DNA of 62,970 bases, counting the filler, from Craspedostauros australis (taxonomy: Eukaryota): the NCBI GenBank assembly GCA_030167865.1. It is 8 parts of 8 records of this genome, joined end to end, with 100 filler letters (N's around TTAATTAATTAA, not from the genome) between each part and the next. Parts side by side here need not be neighbours in the genome. Positions count along the whole stretch, not along the records: positions 11,758 to 38,121 come from JALAGF010000737.1; positions 38,222 to 54,358 come from JALAGF010000738.1; 6 more parts are not named here. One strand, 5' to 3'. Each line of letters begins with the position of its first letter. Positions within the stretch are counted from its first letter, which is position 1. The translations under genes and the position numbers were made by a program. Of the stretch, positions 35,101 to 46,911 are shown in pieces. Under the pieces are notes generated by a model, which did not search any database, was not told where the DNA came from, and was given only the letters and a program-made list of their open reading frames with translations.

Positions 35101-37203
35101 CCACACGCCAGCCCCGTTGCGGTCGATTCCTTCGCACGCATTGGTTGGATCAAGCGTCGCTTCGAGAGTGTTGCCAACAATTGGTCGTCCGATATCATTC
35201 CACGAAATGTTTCGAGCGCATTCGCATTCATTGTTCGATTGGCACACGACATTGGAGTCTGGTTCTTTGGGAGGTTCGTCATACGAAATTGAAGGGAGAA
35301 GCGTTGGCTGCAAAGTTGAAGAGACTACGCCTGTCGGTTGGAGCGTTGGCGCAGGGTTTTGGCTGTTGGTATCGCGGCTGCCGCCAAGTGTATCTGCTGA
35401 CCCTCGGTGACGGGATGGGCCAACGCCAAACACGATGCCAAGAATCGTGCCGATCGTCAGGATCAAGAGAATGAAAGCAAGAATGCAACAGCGTCTTCGA
35501 TAACCAAAGCAGGCGATCTCGGCATTGTGTTCGTGCATACTCCTATTCTGGTTGGGGCCAAGGTCTTCGACCGCTTGCGCTGCACACGCTTCCATCTTGC
35601 TCTTTATCTGTGCTTCTGCAGCTTTGCGGATCATCAGTCTTTCGTGTTCCCCAATTGGCTGGTCCCTATCTGTGAGTGCGAGAGACGCAAGCTCGATGGC
35701 TTGTGCCGACGGCAGCATGCTTGTTGACTGCCGCTGAAGCTGGTCGGCCTCGGTAGTGGTCATTTGTGCTGATGTATCGTCAGTATTTGGCATGGATGTC
35801 GACACTGATACTCCTGAAACTTGCTCCGCGTCTGCATCCATCGAGTACAGAGGATTAAGAGTACTGCCGTTGCTCTGCTGTCGCTGGCTGAACCGACCAA
35901 AACGGGAGGATGACACAGCAGGTGGTTCATCCCCCGCCAGATCAAAACCCTGTTCCTGGGATTCTTCCGCGTCCAAGCGCGGGGCGTTGCTGGGTGAAAG
36001 AAGTTCGTTTTCCATTGCGCTCCCGTTCATTACTGTCGCGATGGAAGTCTGATAGCATTCGTTCGAGCATTTCGATCCATTTGTTGGCATCGATTTCACA
36101 GGTTGGCTGGAAGAATGTTTCGCAGATTTGGAGAGAGTCCCCAAGAGGAGCAACTTGGACTTCTTGTTGTCATCGCCCCTCTTTCGTTTCGTTTCCCTGG
36201 CGTGAACGACGATTGCTGCACTTGCATCCGAAGGTGTTGTTTCGTGTTGTGATAGCTGGTCATTTACGACTGTGGCATGGATAGAACTCAGCAACGCAGC
36301 GCTTCGGCTGAATTGTGATGGCAGTGTACGTTCGGTTTCCTCCTTTGCATGAAGCTGCTGATCATATAGCGAGGGTTGAGCAACACTTGGTGTGGGTGCC
36401 ATGCCCCCTTCCTTGGATGCAGAATCCTCTGATGTTGACTTTTGATGGTTTGATGCCGTGGGGAAAAGACCCACGTATGCAAGAGTGGAAGCACGTCGGC
36501 CGTTTCCATCATGCGGGCCAGTACTGTTCTCCTCACGGCCATCCGGATTTCTTCCATGCTCGCACCCAGTTGCCGTATGATCTTCGTGCGATGTCAAAGA
36601 ACGCTCACGTTCTTGACAATTGGAACTGCCGGATCGCGATGATGATTGGTACTGCCCTCCCTGTCCATGTTGTTGCAGATGTTGTAGTGGATGTGTGTAT
36701 TCACGTTCACGTTCACGTTGTGGATGACGGCTTGGAGAGGTTGCATTCAGATCGTCGCCATCAACATCTTGGCTCAAGTCGGGTAAGTCTGATTGCGACG
36801 CTTGTGCTGGCGTCACAGCAATCGCGCCAACCATCGACCAACCACGAGTTGGGAGCGCCGCGGCAGGAAATCTGGCTTCATTCTTTGCTCTGACAAAAGC
36901 AACCGGGAGGATGGAGCCGGAGCTGGTGGCGCCAGTTTCTGCATTCCCAACAGAATTGGCTCCAAAAGCGGCGTTGCTACTGTCAGGCTCTTCGACCACG
37001 CGTCCAGGGCCGATCGTTGATGGGATGATGGGCATGCTGTCGTCGGAGACTGCGCGTTGCCTGATTGGCAATGGTGGAGAGCTTGGGGGCAGCCTCGGAG
37101 AGGCGCTGCGTTCATTGTCGTTTGCTTGACGTTGATCGTCTCTTGCATCACTCCCCTGATCTTGATCATGGCAAGAGTCTCCAGAGAGAGATGAATCCAC
37201 CAT
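32112..37203 (-). CDS. Single-pass membrane protein with long disordered N-terminus and six Cys-rich extracellular repeats (~1607 aa, 2 exons)
   Basis: Exons 37203-33876 and 33607-32112; a GTGCGT..CAG intron joins two long ORFs in frame. TM ILAFILLILTIGTILGIVFGV. Repeats of the form NDxCxxA..VWY..ASTC..DTQISIFxGxCxxLxC..YFVxVHG. The start codon is inferred. Confidence 0.82.
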
Positions 37204-37899
37204 TCTGGAGCCTTTGTGATTGTCTCCCCAGCTGTCGCTGCTGTACCAACAGATCGTACGTTTGCTCGCATGTATGTACGAGCACGCGGACGTGTCCGAG
37301 ATATGCGTATGGTGCTGGTATCCTGCGCAATGAGCCGATGGAAAATAAGAAACTACCTGCCTTTGGTGTTGGCGCCTCACGCTGTCGCTGTCGCAATTGC
37401 ATTCGACACTTGTCGATGTTGATGATCACCGATCAGACCAGCCTGGGAATAAAGTGATTGCGGGACGTGTCACATCACGCCACTGCCCTTCACCAATTCT
37501 CGAACGGGTTCTCACTGGGTTTGTTCTGCCCTTGGCGCAGTACCCTTCGTTGTTTGCGCTTCAACAAATCCGAAAGGAAACCTGTACGTGTGTGTGTGAT
37601 TGAAGATCGAGCCAACAATAATACGACCAATTCGATCAACAGAAAGCGAAAAGGATTCGCTATTTTGCCTTTTGGTCACGTTCTTTTGGTGGCGCAACTC
37701 GCGCTTTGCCATCACTCGACGATCATGTGAGCTCGATCGCGGCGATGTCCCGAGACACCACGAGCTACAGAAGAGGTGTGATCACATGGCAATCATACAT
37801 ACATACGAGCACGGCAACATAGGAGTACGCATGATCACAATTGAGTGCAAAGCTTCGCCGTCGAGCGTTCCAGCGATGCGACTCGGTTCAGTTCAGACG

Positions 37900-38121
37900 A
37901 TGGAACCAGTGGCGGAGGCTGTCGACACTCGCAACAACACCGGCGATGACGGCGCTGATTCGGGTGAAGACTTGAGATCAGGCCAAACAGATGAGGGGAA
38001 GCACGAAGCTGGATCAGGATCAAGCGACGGCCTTGGTGTTGCCACAAATATCCAATCATGTTCGAAAGCGACCGATCCAACGGCACCAAGTGCATCCACG
38101 GAGCAACCGTGCAGGACAGCA
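37900..38121 (+). CDS. Probable N-terminal part of the gene continuing at 44720, interrupted by retrotransposon copy 3
   Basis: Low-complexity open frame MEPVAEAV...EQPCRTA runs into the gap and joins 44720 in frame. The start is uncertain (37876 or 37900). Confidence 0.5.
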
Positions 38122-38221
38122 NNNNNNNNNNNNNNNNNNNNNNNNNNNNNNNNNNNNNNNNNNNNTTAATTAATTAANNNNNNNNNNNNNNNNNNNNNNN
38201 NNNNNNNNNNNNNNNNNNNNN

Positions 38222-41200
38222 AATCGGCGCGTATATGAAGTCCCACTGCCGTTGGGTAAGAGTGATTGCCTCCATGGGGTATTCCAACGTCTTAGTAATC
38301 CTCGTAGTGATTGCCATCCACACCAAATCTTGTCGCAGGCCTCCGGAAACCACTTTGTCCGCAAAGTCGTCGGCCTTCCGCCTCAGGTATCGCACCTGTG
38401 CCTCTGAAGTACCCTCCATGTTCATGAATACACCCAGAGTTTGTTCTGACTCGCGTGGGTCGAGCCTCCGCAGCTCCGTTTGGATCCCTGCCGCATCCCG
38501 CACTCTCACCTGGGCTGGAGTCGCTCGGGCCGCTTGCATCCTCCACCCTCCAGACCTGTACTCAAACGACAGACCCCACCAGAAGCTTTTGGCCGGCACC
38601 AAGGCTCCTCCTGTTGCTCGGAGAACCCCTTCCCAATCTGTGAGCGCTGCCTGAGTTCGTTGTGCCACGGTACTGAAGTGCTCATTTGGTTGCGAGATCA
38701 TCAAATCCGCATCATCAACAAAACTCAAACCCACCAGGCTGACTTCCTGACCGCTAAGGGCCGACTTGAACCGCGCTCCGTGTTGTTTGGACCGCATTGC
38801 TTCGAACATCGGGGAGCTTATAGCTGCCCAGGCCGCCGGCCCGCAGCCGTTTCCTTGAGCCAGCCCTTGCATCGGCGTCCACCCTGTATTGCCGTACGAG
38901 CGATCTGACACTCCGTATGCCGTCCTGACGTGGTGTCGCGCCTTCTGTAGGGTGCCAAACATCGACCTCACCGCTGACCTTCGCCCCCCAGCATGCACCA
39001 TGGCCATGGAGGCCACACTGTGGACCACCCGATCATAGCACGACTTGGCGTCGTTAGAGCAGATTGCCCCGTCTTGTCGTTTTTGGCGCATCACATCCAC
39101 CACCACCCTTTTGCACAGGGCTGCGGTTGACGCCTTGTGGCCTTTTCGACTGCCGAATTGTTCTGTGGCCATGCGATTGTTGCTTTCAGCTGTAACCATG
39201 AGGTCCCTTCCCAGCTTCTTATTGTTCATGTTGAAGGCCGGGTGGAAGAGCTGAATGGTCCGCATCTTGGTGACGTCGAATACTCCTGCTTTTTTGAGGA
39301 TTTGGAAGTCTGTCATCACCGTCCACGATGCTGGGGTGAATCCTGTTTCGTATGGTATCCTGCGCAACCTGCAGTCAATGGCTGCCAGACCTTCATGTTC
39401 CGCCGCCGCCTTAAAATGCCCGAAATGCGGTGCCGATGGCTCCGACGCTGTTCTCTCTTTCTGTTTTGCCCAGCCTTCGACATGGTCCTCGATGGTAAAT
39501 GTGGAATTCGGGACCGCCGATGGTGTAAGCCCCACCTGAGACAACAGCATCCGCGGATACATGTCCTCCTGTACCGTGGGCTGCCACTCTCCCTTATACA
39601 CGGCATCGGCTTCTTGGGTGTCGGCCAAGAAACCAAACCGGCTGCGGAGACGTCCGGTCGTAAACGGGGTACCCACTGTCTGATGGAACCTTCGCTTGTT
39701 TTCTTCGATGCAAGCCACTTCGATGGTATGTTTTGTATCACACACTGTGACATTTCCGTCGTCGTCAGTAAGCGTGACCTTGGTAGCCAGGGTTTGCTTT
39801 GGTTTCAGGCACGCCTTTAACCTCCGGTTGTCTCGGATCTGTCGTTCTCTCGCCCTGCGGACGTGGCTAGGGGTGCTCTCAATGGCCGTCCCCCATTTGG
39901 CTGCTTCTTTCTCTCCTTTGTCCCTCATAAAGTCATCACGCATCTGGGATGCACGGGGCTTGGCCTCTTTGTAGGCTTTGCGTGCCTCAACCAATCTGGT
40001 TGCCACTTCTGCTGGCCCCAGTTGACGAGGTCGCTGGATCCCAAGCCTTTTGGATAACCGACGGATGAGCGACGAGCTGATGTGTATGTTGCTGTACTTT
40101 TTCTGCACTGCTGTCCACAGTCTCACTGTGTCTCGTAGTCGTTTCAGCATTGGTGACCACTCCAGTGCCCCCATCTTGAGCTTCCTACACTCGCGCTCGG
40201 TCTCCATGCGCAGTTTGTCCATACCCTTGTCGATGCTGTCGTATTCGGTGGCCAACTCCGCCGTCACGGTACCCTGCAGCCTCACTGCTTGCTCCAACTC
40301 TTCCATCCTCCAATGAAATCCCAGCTGTTGCGCCTTCTTCCAAAGGGATTCCTGGTACGCTTGCACTGCCGCTTTGTCCGCCATTCGCAGGCGTCTTGGT
40401 TCCACGCCCACCAATGGGTTCAATTTGCCAATCGCACTTGACTCCTTGATGTCGATCCATATCATGCGGTGGTCGGAGTGGATGGCCTCGCCAAAACCTG
40501 CGTACCCGGCCGCTGTGACTTCAATGTCCTTTGTCGCATACAAGCCGTCGATCGGGACGTGGGTCTTGTTGCGGTGCTGGGTAGCCTGTCGTTGATGCCC
40601 TCGATGCAGCTCAGTGATGGCTTCGCGCATTCCGAGTGCCTCGAACATCTCTGCGCAACTGCCTTTGGCGACGTCCTGATTCGCGTCGATGCCCACTATC
40701 ACGCCGTCTCCTTCTTGTTTCCATTCTTGGATTGCTTGTGCCAGGTCGAGTAGCATCGCTTCTCTTGGTTCCCTGTTGTCTCCTTGTTCTAGCAGGTGGG
40801 TACGCTGTTGTGCCCACGTGGAAGTTGGCCTAGAGGACGCGCACGCCCTGTAGGCGGCCACCACCCGGATATGTTTACCCTTCCGTCCCTCAATTCGTTG
40901 CCAAACCCATCTTCCCAGGCGGCTCAGGTCCTCGCCCTCATCCACCACCCTCTTGGACAAGCCGTTGGCAGTGACTATGCCCGTGCCTCCAAATTGCACT
41001 TTGTTTGTTGATGCGCAATTGTGGTTGTAGGATGCCGTCGCTTTGGCTCGCATTTTCCAGTGACCCACTCGTCGGGCCCAGGAGTCTCCTTCCTTCATTG
41101 CCCTCCAGTTGAGCCCTATCTCCGCCAGCATCAGCACGTCAATGTGCCTTTTCTGTATCTCTTCTCCGATTTGCTTGTTTTTTCCTTTCCATGGCTCCAC

Positions 41201-41710
41201 CGGCAATCTTCCAATGTTTTGGAACGCCAGTCGTATCGCTCCTGTGTCCGGAGTTCTCATTCTGTTGCCGAAAATTCCTTCCTCTGGCATTTCGCGTGCC
41301 CTTTGTGGTGGGGATCTGTCATGGGTCCTCGGTTCGCGCGCTTCTCGTTCTGTCGACTCGTCCCTGTCAGTCGTTGTGGTTTCAGTTGGCGGGACTCGCT
41401 CTGTTCCTCTCCTTTCCCTCGTTGAGGCTGTTTTACGGCGGTCGTCGTTATTTGTATTACCAGTTAGTGACGAACAATGGCCCGCCGGTATGTTAGTTGA
41501 TCTCACCTCTTTTGTCATCGTTGGTGGCTCCTTTGGCCTTGTGTTGCATGTGTTGTTGTATCCTCTGTTTTGTTCTTCCTGTGTCTCCTTGCTCGGTGGC
41601 TCCTTTGCCTCTGGTTGCGTCCGCCCTCCCTCCTTTTTACGCCCTCGCACCAGCTGGGACGACTCCCTTTTCGGGTGCCCTCCCTTGTTTGTCTCCAAAG
41701 GGACTCTCAT
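38222..41710 (-). CDS. ORF2 (endonuclease + RT), partial, truncated by gap
   Basis: Translation identical to copy 2 ORF2. Confidence 0.9.
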
Positions 41711-44589
41711 GCTTGGCCTGCGACCCTCTCGTCGCTGGCAGTGGAATCGTTGGTTGGCGCAGTTGTTCCTTGCTGCGTTGTTGGCCTCACGCTTGGCCCT
41801 TCTTTCCTCCCCTTTGGTGCACCCTTCTTTGGTCGGGCCTTCTTCACTGGGCTAACCGCTCTTCTGGGTTCCTCACTCTCAGGGATGCTCCCCTTTCTGT
41901 TGTTCTGAAGTGCTGACTTCTGGTGTTTCTTGGTTTGGCCTCTTGTTTGCATTGTGCGGGTGGTTAGCTGGGTTGATGGTTCCACCGATCCGTCGTCTGA
42001 CGAAATGTCCACCAGGTTGACTACCTCGGCATGGTGTGCATCGTCTCCGCCATATGGAGTTGCAGACTCCATAGACACATCTGACATGGATCCGTCGTCC
42101 GCTTCGCCCACGAAATCGTCGTCTTTGTTCCGGTCTCTGAGCGCTTGCAAGGATTGGGTTGGTTGGTCGACGTCCCTGCCTTCCGGAGTCTGCCCGAGCC
42201 GATCCTGTCCTGGTTGGGCTTCCACGTCGTTGGTGTTGGCGCGTTGTGGCTGCTCGGCTACACTGGGGCCCAGCAGAGCTTCCATCCATTGGGCTCTAGC
42301 CTGCGGGTCAATCACTTCCAGCTTTTTCATCGCCTCGCCAACCACTCGCATTGTCTCTTTTTTGGCTTCCGGACACTGCGATTTCATCGACGTTATGGCT
42401 GATTTCAATGAAACGTCGTCGCAGTTGTGCCATCGTCGCATCACCCCTACCGATCCGTGGTCTCCATCCATGGTCTTCGGGACCGTACCAAAGTCAATGG
42501 CGAAGGTCATCTTGGGTTGTGCGTCCTCCTGTTGTTCTGTGTCTTCTTCTGGACGTTGAAGTCCCATGCTGGCGTACCACTCGTCATCCACCTGTTTCTT
42601 GAGGATATCTCTCTCCCAATCCGCCTTGATAATCTCTCCGTGCATGTTCATTTCGTAGCTGGTGTTGGCGTCCCAGATATAGTCCGTGAACCAGGTTGCT
42701 GCTTTGCCTCCGCAGTACTTGTATATGACAGTGGGAAGGAGCGGGATAATCATGCTTGCCTCATCTGCCACCTCCTGACTATAGACAAATACCGTGTCCC
42801 CCCAATTTCTTCCGTTCTCCACCGCCAAGAACAGCGCTGACCCTTCTTTGTCTCCTGATGTTGACATCAGCTTAGAGAGGACGTTGCGCAGGGATACCTT
42901 GTTCTTGGGCTCCACATAGTCGAGTCCGTGGATGAAGGAAACGATGGTGGTCTTCGTGCCCTCCAAGAACTCCTTCTGCTTCTTTTTGTAGAGCATCGCG
43001 TTGCGTCTGTCTTCATGAGTTGCTGGTCGTTGTTCATCCGTGAGGTCCGAAATGAAGCGGAGCCGCTTGCCTAGGATTCTGTTCTTTCCTGCCGCAAAAA
43101 GCTTGCCCATAATCTGCTCGCACTTGATGGAGTCCTCCTTACTCGCCAAGATGTGAGCTGCGTAGACCTGGTCCTCTTTCTTGATTTTCTCATACTTGTC
43201 CAGTTTGATTGCTTGCATCCTGATGCCGACCTTGATCTTTGCTTTCACGACGTCTTCCAGGTTGTTGATGGCTTCAGTCAGGTCGTTGCAATTGGTGGAT
43301 CTATGACTCGCGCAAAACCACCCGACTGGCACTTCTTCCCTTGCTTGAACAGTGCATTTGGACAAGATGATGTCGTTGTCTGACAGCTGTCCATCGTCCT
43401 GCAGTTCAGCCCACTCCTTGTTGTGTGAGAAGTAGAAACGGCACCAGGTTTGTTTCCCTGCCTTTGTGTACATCTTGTTCACGTAGTGTCTGATCTTGGA
43501 GGCGGAGGTCACTCTGTCACTGCTTGCAGTAAGTCCTTGACCCTGACCGTCCCACCTGTGGATAACAAGGTCGGGGTCCTGGGTGAATAAGTGTTCCATG
43601 ACCATTGCTAGTGCTTCGGTCACCTCCTTCTCCACGGCCTTGTCCTTGCCTTTCAGAGTAGGGCTTCGAAACGTGCAGTAGGTACTGAACTGCCTGCCCA
43701 GGGATTCATTGACGTTGCGTTTGTGGTCTCTTTTCACCATGGGTTTGCTCAGGAAGAACTGGTTGGCTGGAAGCAAAACTGCCCCGTCTTTGCCTGTTGT
43801 CATTGGTACCGATTTCAACGCCTCTGCGAATGTCGGGGAGCCCTTCTTGTATGGGTTGCTGGTACAGCTCACTGGTTTTCCGGCGTCTTTTGTGTTGATC
43901 GGGCTTGGCTTCTTCTTGTTGGTTGTGGCCTTGGGTGCTGACGCGGTGTCCTTGTCCTCTTGTCTACCGTTGGTGTGCTGGTTCATTGGCTTGTTTGACT
44001 TTGCCTTTTCAGTGTCGCCGATTCTACGTCGCTTCTCCGGTGATTCCGCTGGGTTGGCTGTGTTGACCTTGCGAGCTGCTATCCAAGGGTTGGTCATGAT
44101 GCTGCCCATGATGTTCCCTTCTTCCCAGAACACTGGTGGAAACATGTCTGCTTTCGTGGCCAGCAGCCTTGCTTCCATCTGTTGGACCTTCTGGTTTGTG
44201 GCTGCGTCCCAGTGACAAGCTCTGCCTTTCTTGAACACATCGACCCATGCTTCCATCGACTCCAGGTCCCCTCTTTCACAGTCAAGGTGGCTCCGAACGA
44301 CCCGCCATGCTGTGTTGACCGAGTCTCCTGCTCCTACGCATTCCGGATACGGCTTGGCGTTGCTCGTCGTCATCTTCCTTTTTGCCTCTGTCTCTTCCTC
44401 TGACGTCCACACCGCTTGCTTTTTAGCGATGCCGTTGTTGGGAATGCCCGAAATCGTAACTCCTCCGAAATTCACTTGTTTCTTGCGCTGTTTGCTGCGG
44501 GAGGGGTCACCATCGTCGTCCTTTGTCATTGGCGTCATGCTGGTCTTGTAAACACTCTGTGTCTTTTTAAATTTTATGCGTTTTGTCAT
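41707..44589 (-). CDS. Retrotransposon ORF1 protein, copy 3
   Basis: Translation identical to copy 1 ORF1. Confidence 0.88.
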   Translation of the reverse strand: MTKRIKFKKTQSVYKTSMTPMTKDDDGDPSRSKQRKKQVNFGGVTISGIPNNGIAKKQAVWTSEEETEAKRKMTTSNAKPYPECVGAGDSVNTAWRVVRSHLDCERGDLESMEAWVDVFKKGRACHWDAATNQKVQQMEARLLATKADMFPPVFWEEGNIMGSIMTNPWIAARKVNTANPAESPEKRRRIGDTEKAKSNKPMNQHTNGRQEDKDTASAPKATTNKKKPSPINTKDAGKPVSCTSNPYKKGSPTFAEALKSVPMTTGKDGAVLLPANQFFLSKPMVKRDHKRNVNESLGRQFSTYCTFRSPTLKGKDKAVEKEVTEALAMVMEHLFTQDPDLVIHRWDGQGQGLTASSDRVTSASKIRHYVNKMYTKAGKQTWCRFYFSHNKEWAELQDDGQLSDNDIILSKCTVQAREEVPVGWFCASHRSTNCNDLTEAINNLEDVVKAKIKVGIRMQAIKLDKYEKIKKEDQVYAAHILASKEDSIKCEQIMGKLFAAGKNRILGKRLRFISDLTDEQRPATHEDRRNAMLYKKKQKEFLEGTKTTIVSFIHGLDYVEPKNKVSLRNVLSKLMSTSGDKEGSALFLAVENGRNWGDTVFVYSQEVADEASMIIPLLPTVIYKYCGGKAATWFTDYIWDANTSYEMNMHGEIIKADWERDILKKQVDDEWYASMGLQRPEEDTEQQEDAQPKMTFAIDFGTVPKTMDGDHGSVGVMRRWHNCDDVSLKSAITSMKSQCPEAKKETMRVVGEAMKKLEVIDPQARAQWMEALLGPSVAEQPQRANTNDVEAQPGQDRLGQTPEGRDVDQPTQSLQALRDRNKDDDFVGEADDGSMSDVSMESATPYGGDDAHHAEVVNLVDISSDDGSVEPSTQLTTRTMQTRGQTKKHQKSALQNNRKGSIPESEEPRRAVSPVKKARPKKGAPKGRKEGPSVRPTTQQGTTAPTNDSTASDERVAGQA

Positions 44590-44719
44590 TGTTGGCAACG
44601 TACGTTCACGAGTTCCGAAACCGTTGGCGATAACCGTAGTTTCAGTACTGACTCTTACGTGAATTCAAAACCTACTGGGTCTACGTACGCCTTTTTAATT
44701 CAGCGATTCCAGAAGAGTA

Positions 44720-46030
44720 TCCAGAAGACTCAATGAAGGAGGAGAGAAGAAGAGAAGATGCCTGCATCTTCGCGGCAGGGTGGAACTCATTCTCTTCGCG
44801 CTCATCATCATGTACGGTGCCATTTCATTTGCGACGTTCGCAATTCACATGCAGCAAGGATCGCCGAGTCGACGCGGTGGTTGGCATCATTTGGAGCCTC
44901 TAGCTGTGCCGTCACGGTTGTCGCTGCCGTCGCTGTCTTCTTCAACCACATCATTGCCACAGAAAGCTACATCAGCATCATCATCAGCCGCAGCAGCAGC
45001 GGACACAACGAATAGTGGCACTCGCAACCGGACAAACCAGCTTGGAGATGGCCCGGTCTTCTACAACGCGTTCGTGCCATCCTCCGACGATCCCAACTAC
45101 AACGCCACGCATCTGCATCAGATATTCCAAGAGCAGTTTCTGCAGATCAATCAGACGACACGTAGCAACACAACCGTGTTCTATACCTTGATTGGCAACA
45201 ACCCATGGCAAGATATCGTTGAATCGTATTGCGGCGAACGCTGCCAATTGAGGGAGTTCATGGACAGCGGAGATGAGGTCCACACCTTGCAGGCCATGTG
45301 GGATTACTGCCAACCGTACTCCAAAGCCGACGACGTGCTCGTCACGTACCTCCACGACAAGGGCTCCTTCCACCGAACCCAGACGAACGAGAAGTCACGG
45401 CGGATCTCCACCAAGGCGGCGCTGGCGTGCCGGCAAGAGATGGAGCTGGCGCCCAGAAAGTGCAACGTCTGTGCCAGCCAGTTCCATATCATCCCGCAGT
45501 ACTTGGGCAATGCCAACATGTGGACAGCGACGTGCTCCTACCTGCGCGGTCTGCACCCGCCGACCAGCTACTCTGCCGCCATGCAGAGCATGTACGACGA
45601 CACCATCTTCCATCCGGTGCACAACAAGACGGCCAAGCTGGCATGCTTGCGACCATTCCACATCGTCGACAACCATCTGGGCTTGGGACGCTACTCCTTG
45701 GAACGCTGGGTGTGGTCCCACCCCGACGTCAAGCCCTGCGACGTCCTGCAGGTCAGCATGTCGCAGCTCCCGGATGAATCCTTCCTGCAAACCACGACGC
45801 AATGGCAGCCGGAGCTCAAACGGGCGCCGCACAAGCGTCCGCGGCAGATCGGCGTGCAGCACGGTTTCATGAAGTCATCCTTCGCGCGGTTGGAGGGACG
45901 GCTCTTTGAATGGGACAGCATCTACCACAAACGGCCCGCCAACACGTCGTGGGTGTGGCGATGGTACAAAGGATTTTACAATGGCACCGCCGCATGGATG
46001 GAGGAATGCGCGAACGAAGTTCAGCCATGA
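44720..46030 (+). CDS. Type II membrane protein of unknown function, possibly glycosyltransferase-like; 5' end cut by the retrotransposon
   Basis: Basic segment, TM (LILFALIIMYGAISFATFAI), Ser/Thr stem and a globular domain with EVHTLQAMWDYC, YLHDKGSFH, NMWTATCSY, RYSLERWV. The frame is open back to the element junction with no ATG before the TM. Confidence 0.8.
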   Translation, partial: SRRLNEGGEKKRRCLHLRGRVELILFALIIMYGAISFATFAIHMQQGSPSRRGGWHHLEPLAVPSRLSLPSLSSSTTSLPQKATSASSSAAAAADTTNSGTRNRTNQLGDGPVFYNAFVPSSDDPNYNATHLHQIFQEQFLQINQTTRSNTTVFYTLIGNNPWQDIVESYCGERCQLREFMDSGDEVHTLQAMWDYCQPYSKADDVLVTYLHDKGSFHRTQTNEKSRRISTKAALACRQEMELAPRKCNVCASQFHIIPQYLGNANMWTATCSYLRGLHPPTSYSAAMQSMYDDTIFHPVHNKTAKLACLRPFHIVDNHLGLGRYSLERWVWSHPDVKPCDVLQVSMSQLPDESFLQTTTQWQPELKRAPHKRPRQIGVQHGFMKSSFARLEGRLFEWDSIYHKRPANTSWVWRWYKGFYNGTAAWMEECANEVQP

Positions 46031-46911
46031 AGTGTTGGTCCACACGAGTACAAGCACGTGGTGCCAAAGTTACACATCCATGCAGTCGTGCATTGGTGCA
46101 CATGTCCAGTTGTGAAAAGAGTGTACTAGCACCATAAAACAAATAGTGCGATACAATGGGGTGGCAAGCAAGAGTCGCACCAACAGGAACAAAGATGCTT
46201 TAGTTAACAAACAGTGAGAGCAACGTTGACTTTGCTCTCCTCTACTCTCCTCTGCTCCACTCTACGCTGTCTTGTTTGTGGTTCTTCCTTTCTTCTTTCT
46301 TTTCCAGTTTCAGTCACGTCATGATCTAGACTAATATTATAGACTTGGTCACCTTTGGAGTTTTGCGCGCCAGCCAGTCTTGCTTCCAACATGTTGGAGG
46401 CAGTTCGATGGGGGGATGGCATGCGCATGAATCTTGTATTAAAACATTCATGCATCAATACAATATCCGTTGCAGCAAGAAAGCAATCTCCAATTGGCGA
46501 GTTTACGATTGGGATTTTTACGACGCACATGGCGAGTCACCTGAGGGCCAAAGTCTCGCCGAATTTTACATTGATATCGCCCACACACCACCTGTTGTCG
46601 GCGGAGTCGGTGCATCGCGCACGCAAAGTGCTCGTAAAACGCACAACAGAGTTCTCTAACACGAATGGTATTGGCATGCACACAGGCGGAAACGAGTTGT
46701 GACGATCATCTCCCATCAACCATCGTGATCACATCCTCATCTCCCGCGCTACCAGCACCCCTCACGTGTGGACATCTGTAACGATCACAAAATCGAGCAC
46801 TCGCACCACAACCGAGGCGCAATCAGAGATTAACACACTCTCGTGCACCACAGAGTTCAGAACCCTGCATCAGCAGCCCGCCCATACTACAGATCGAAAA
46901 CGAATCCAACG

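Larger units (their letters stand above)
38222..44718 (-). mobile_element. Ambal-like element copy 3 (5' 6.5 kb; 3' part lost in the gap)
   Basis: Matches copy 2 at a constant offset of 26464, including the same truncation base, but has a different 5' flank. Confidence 0.92.
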
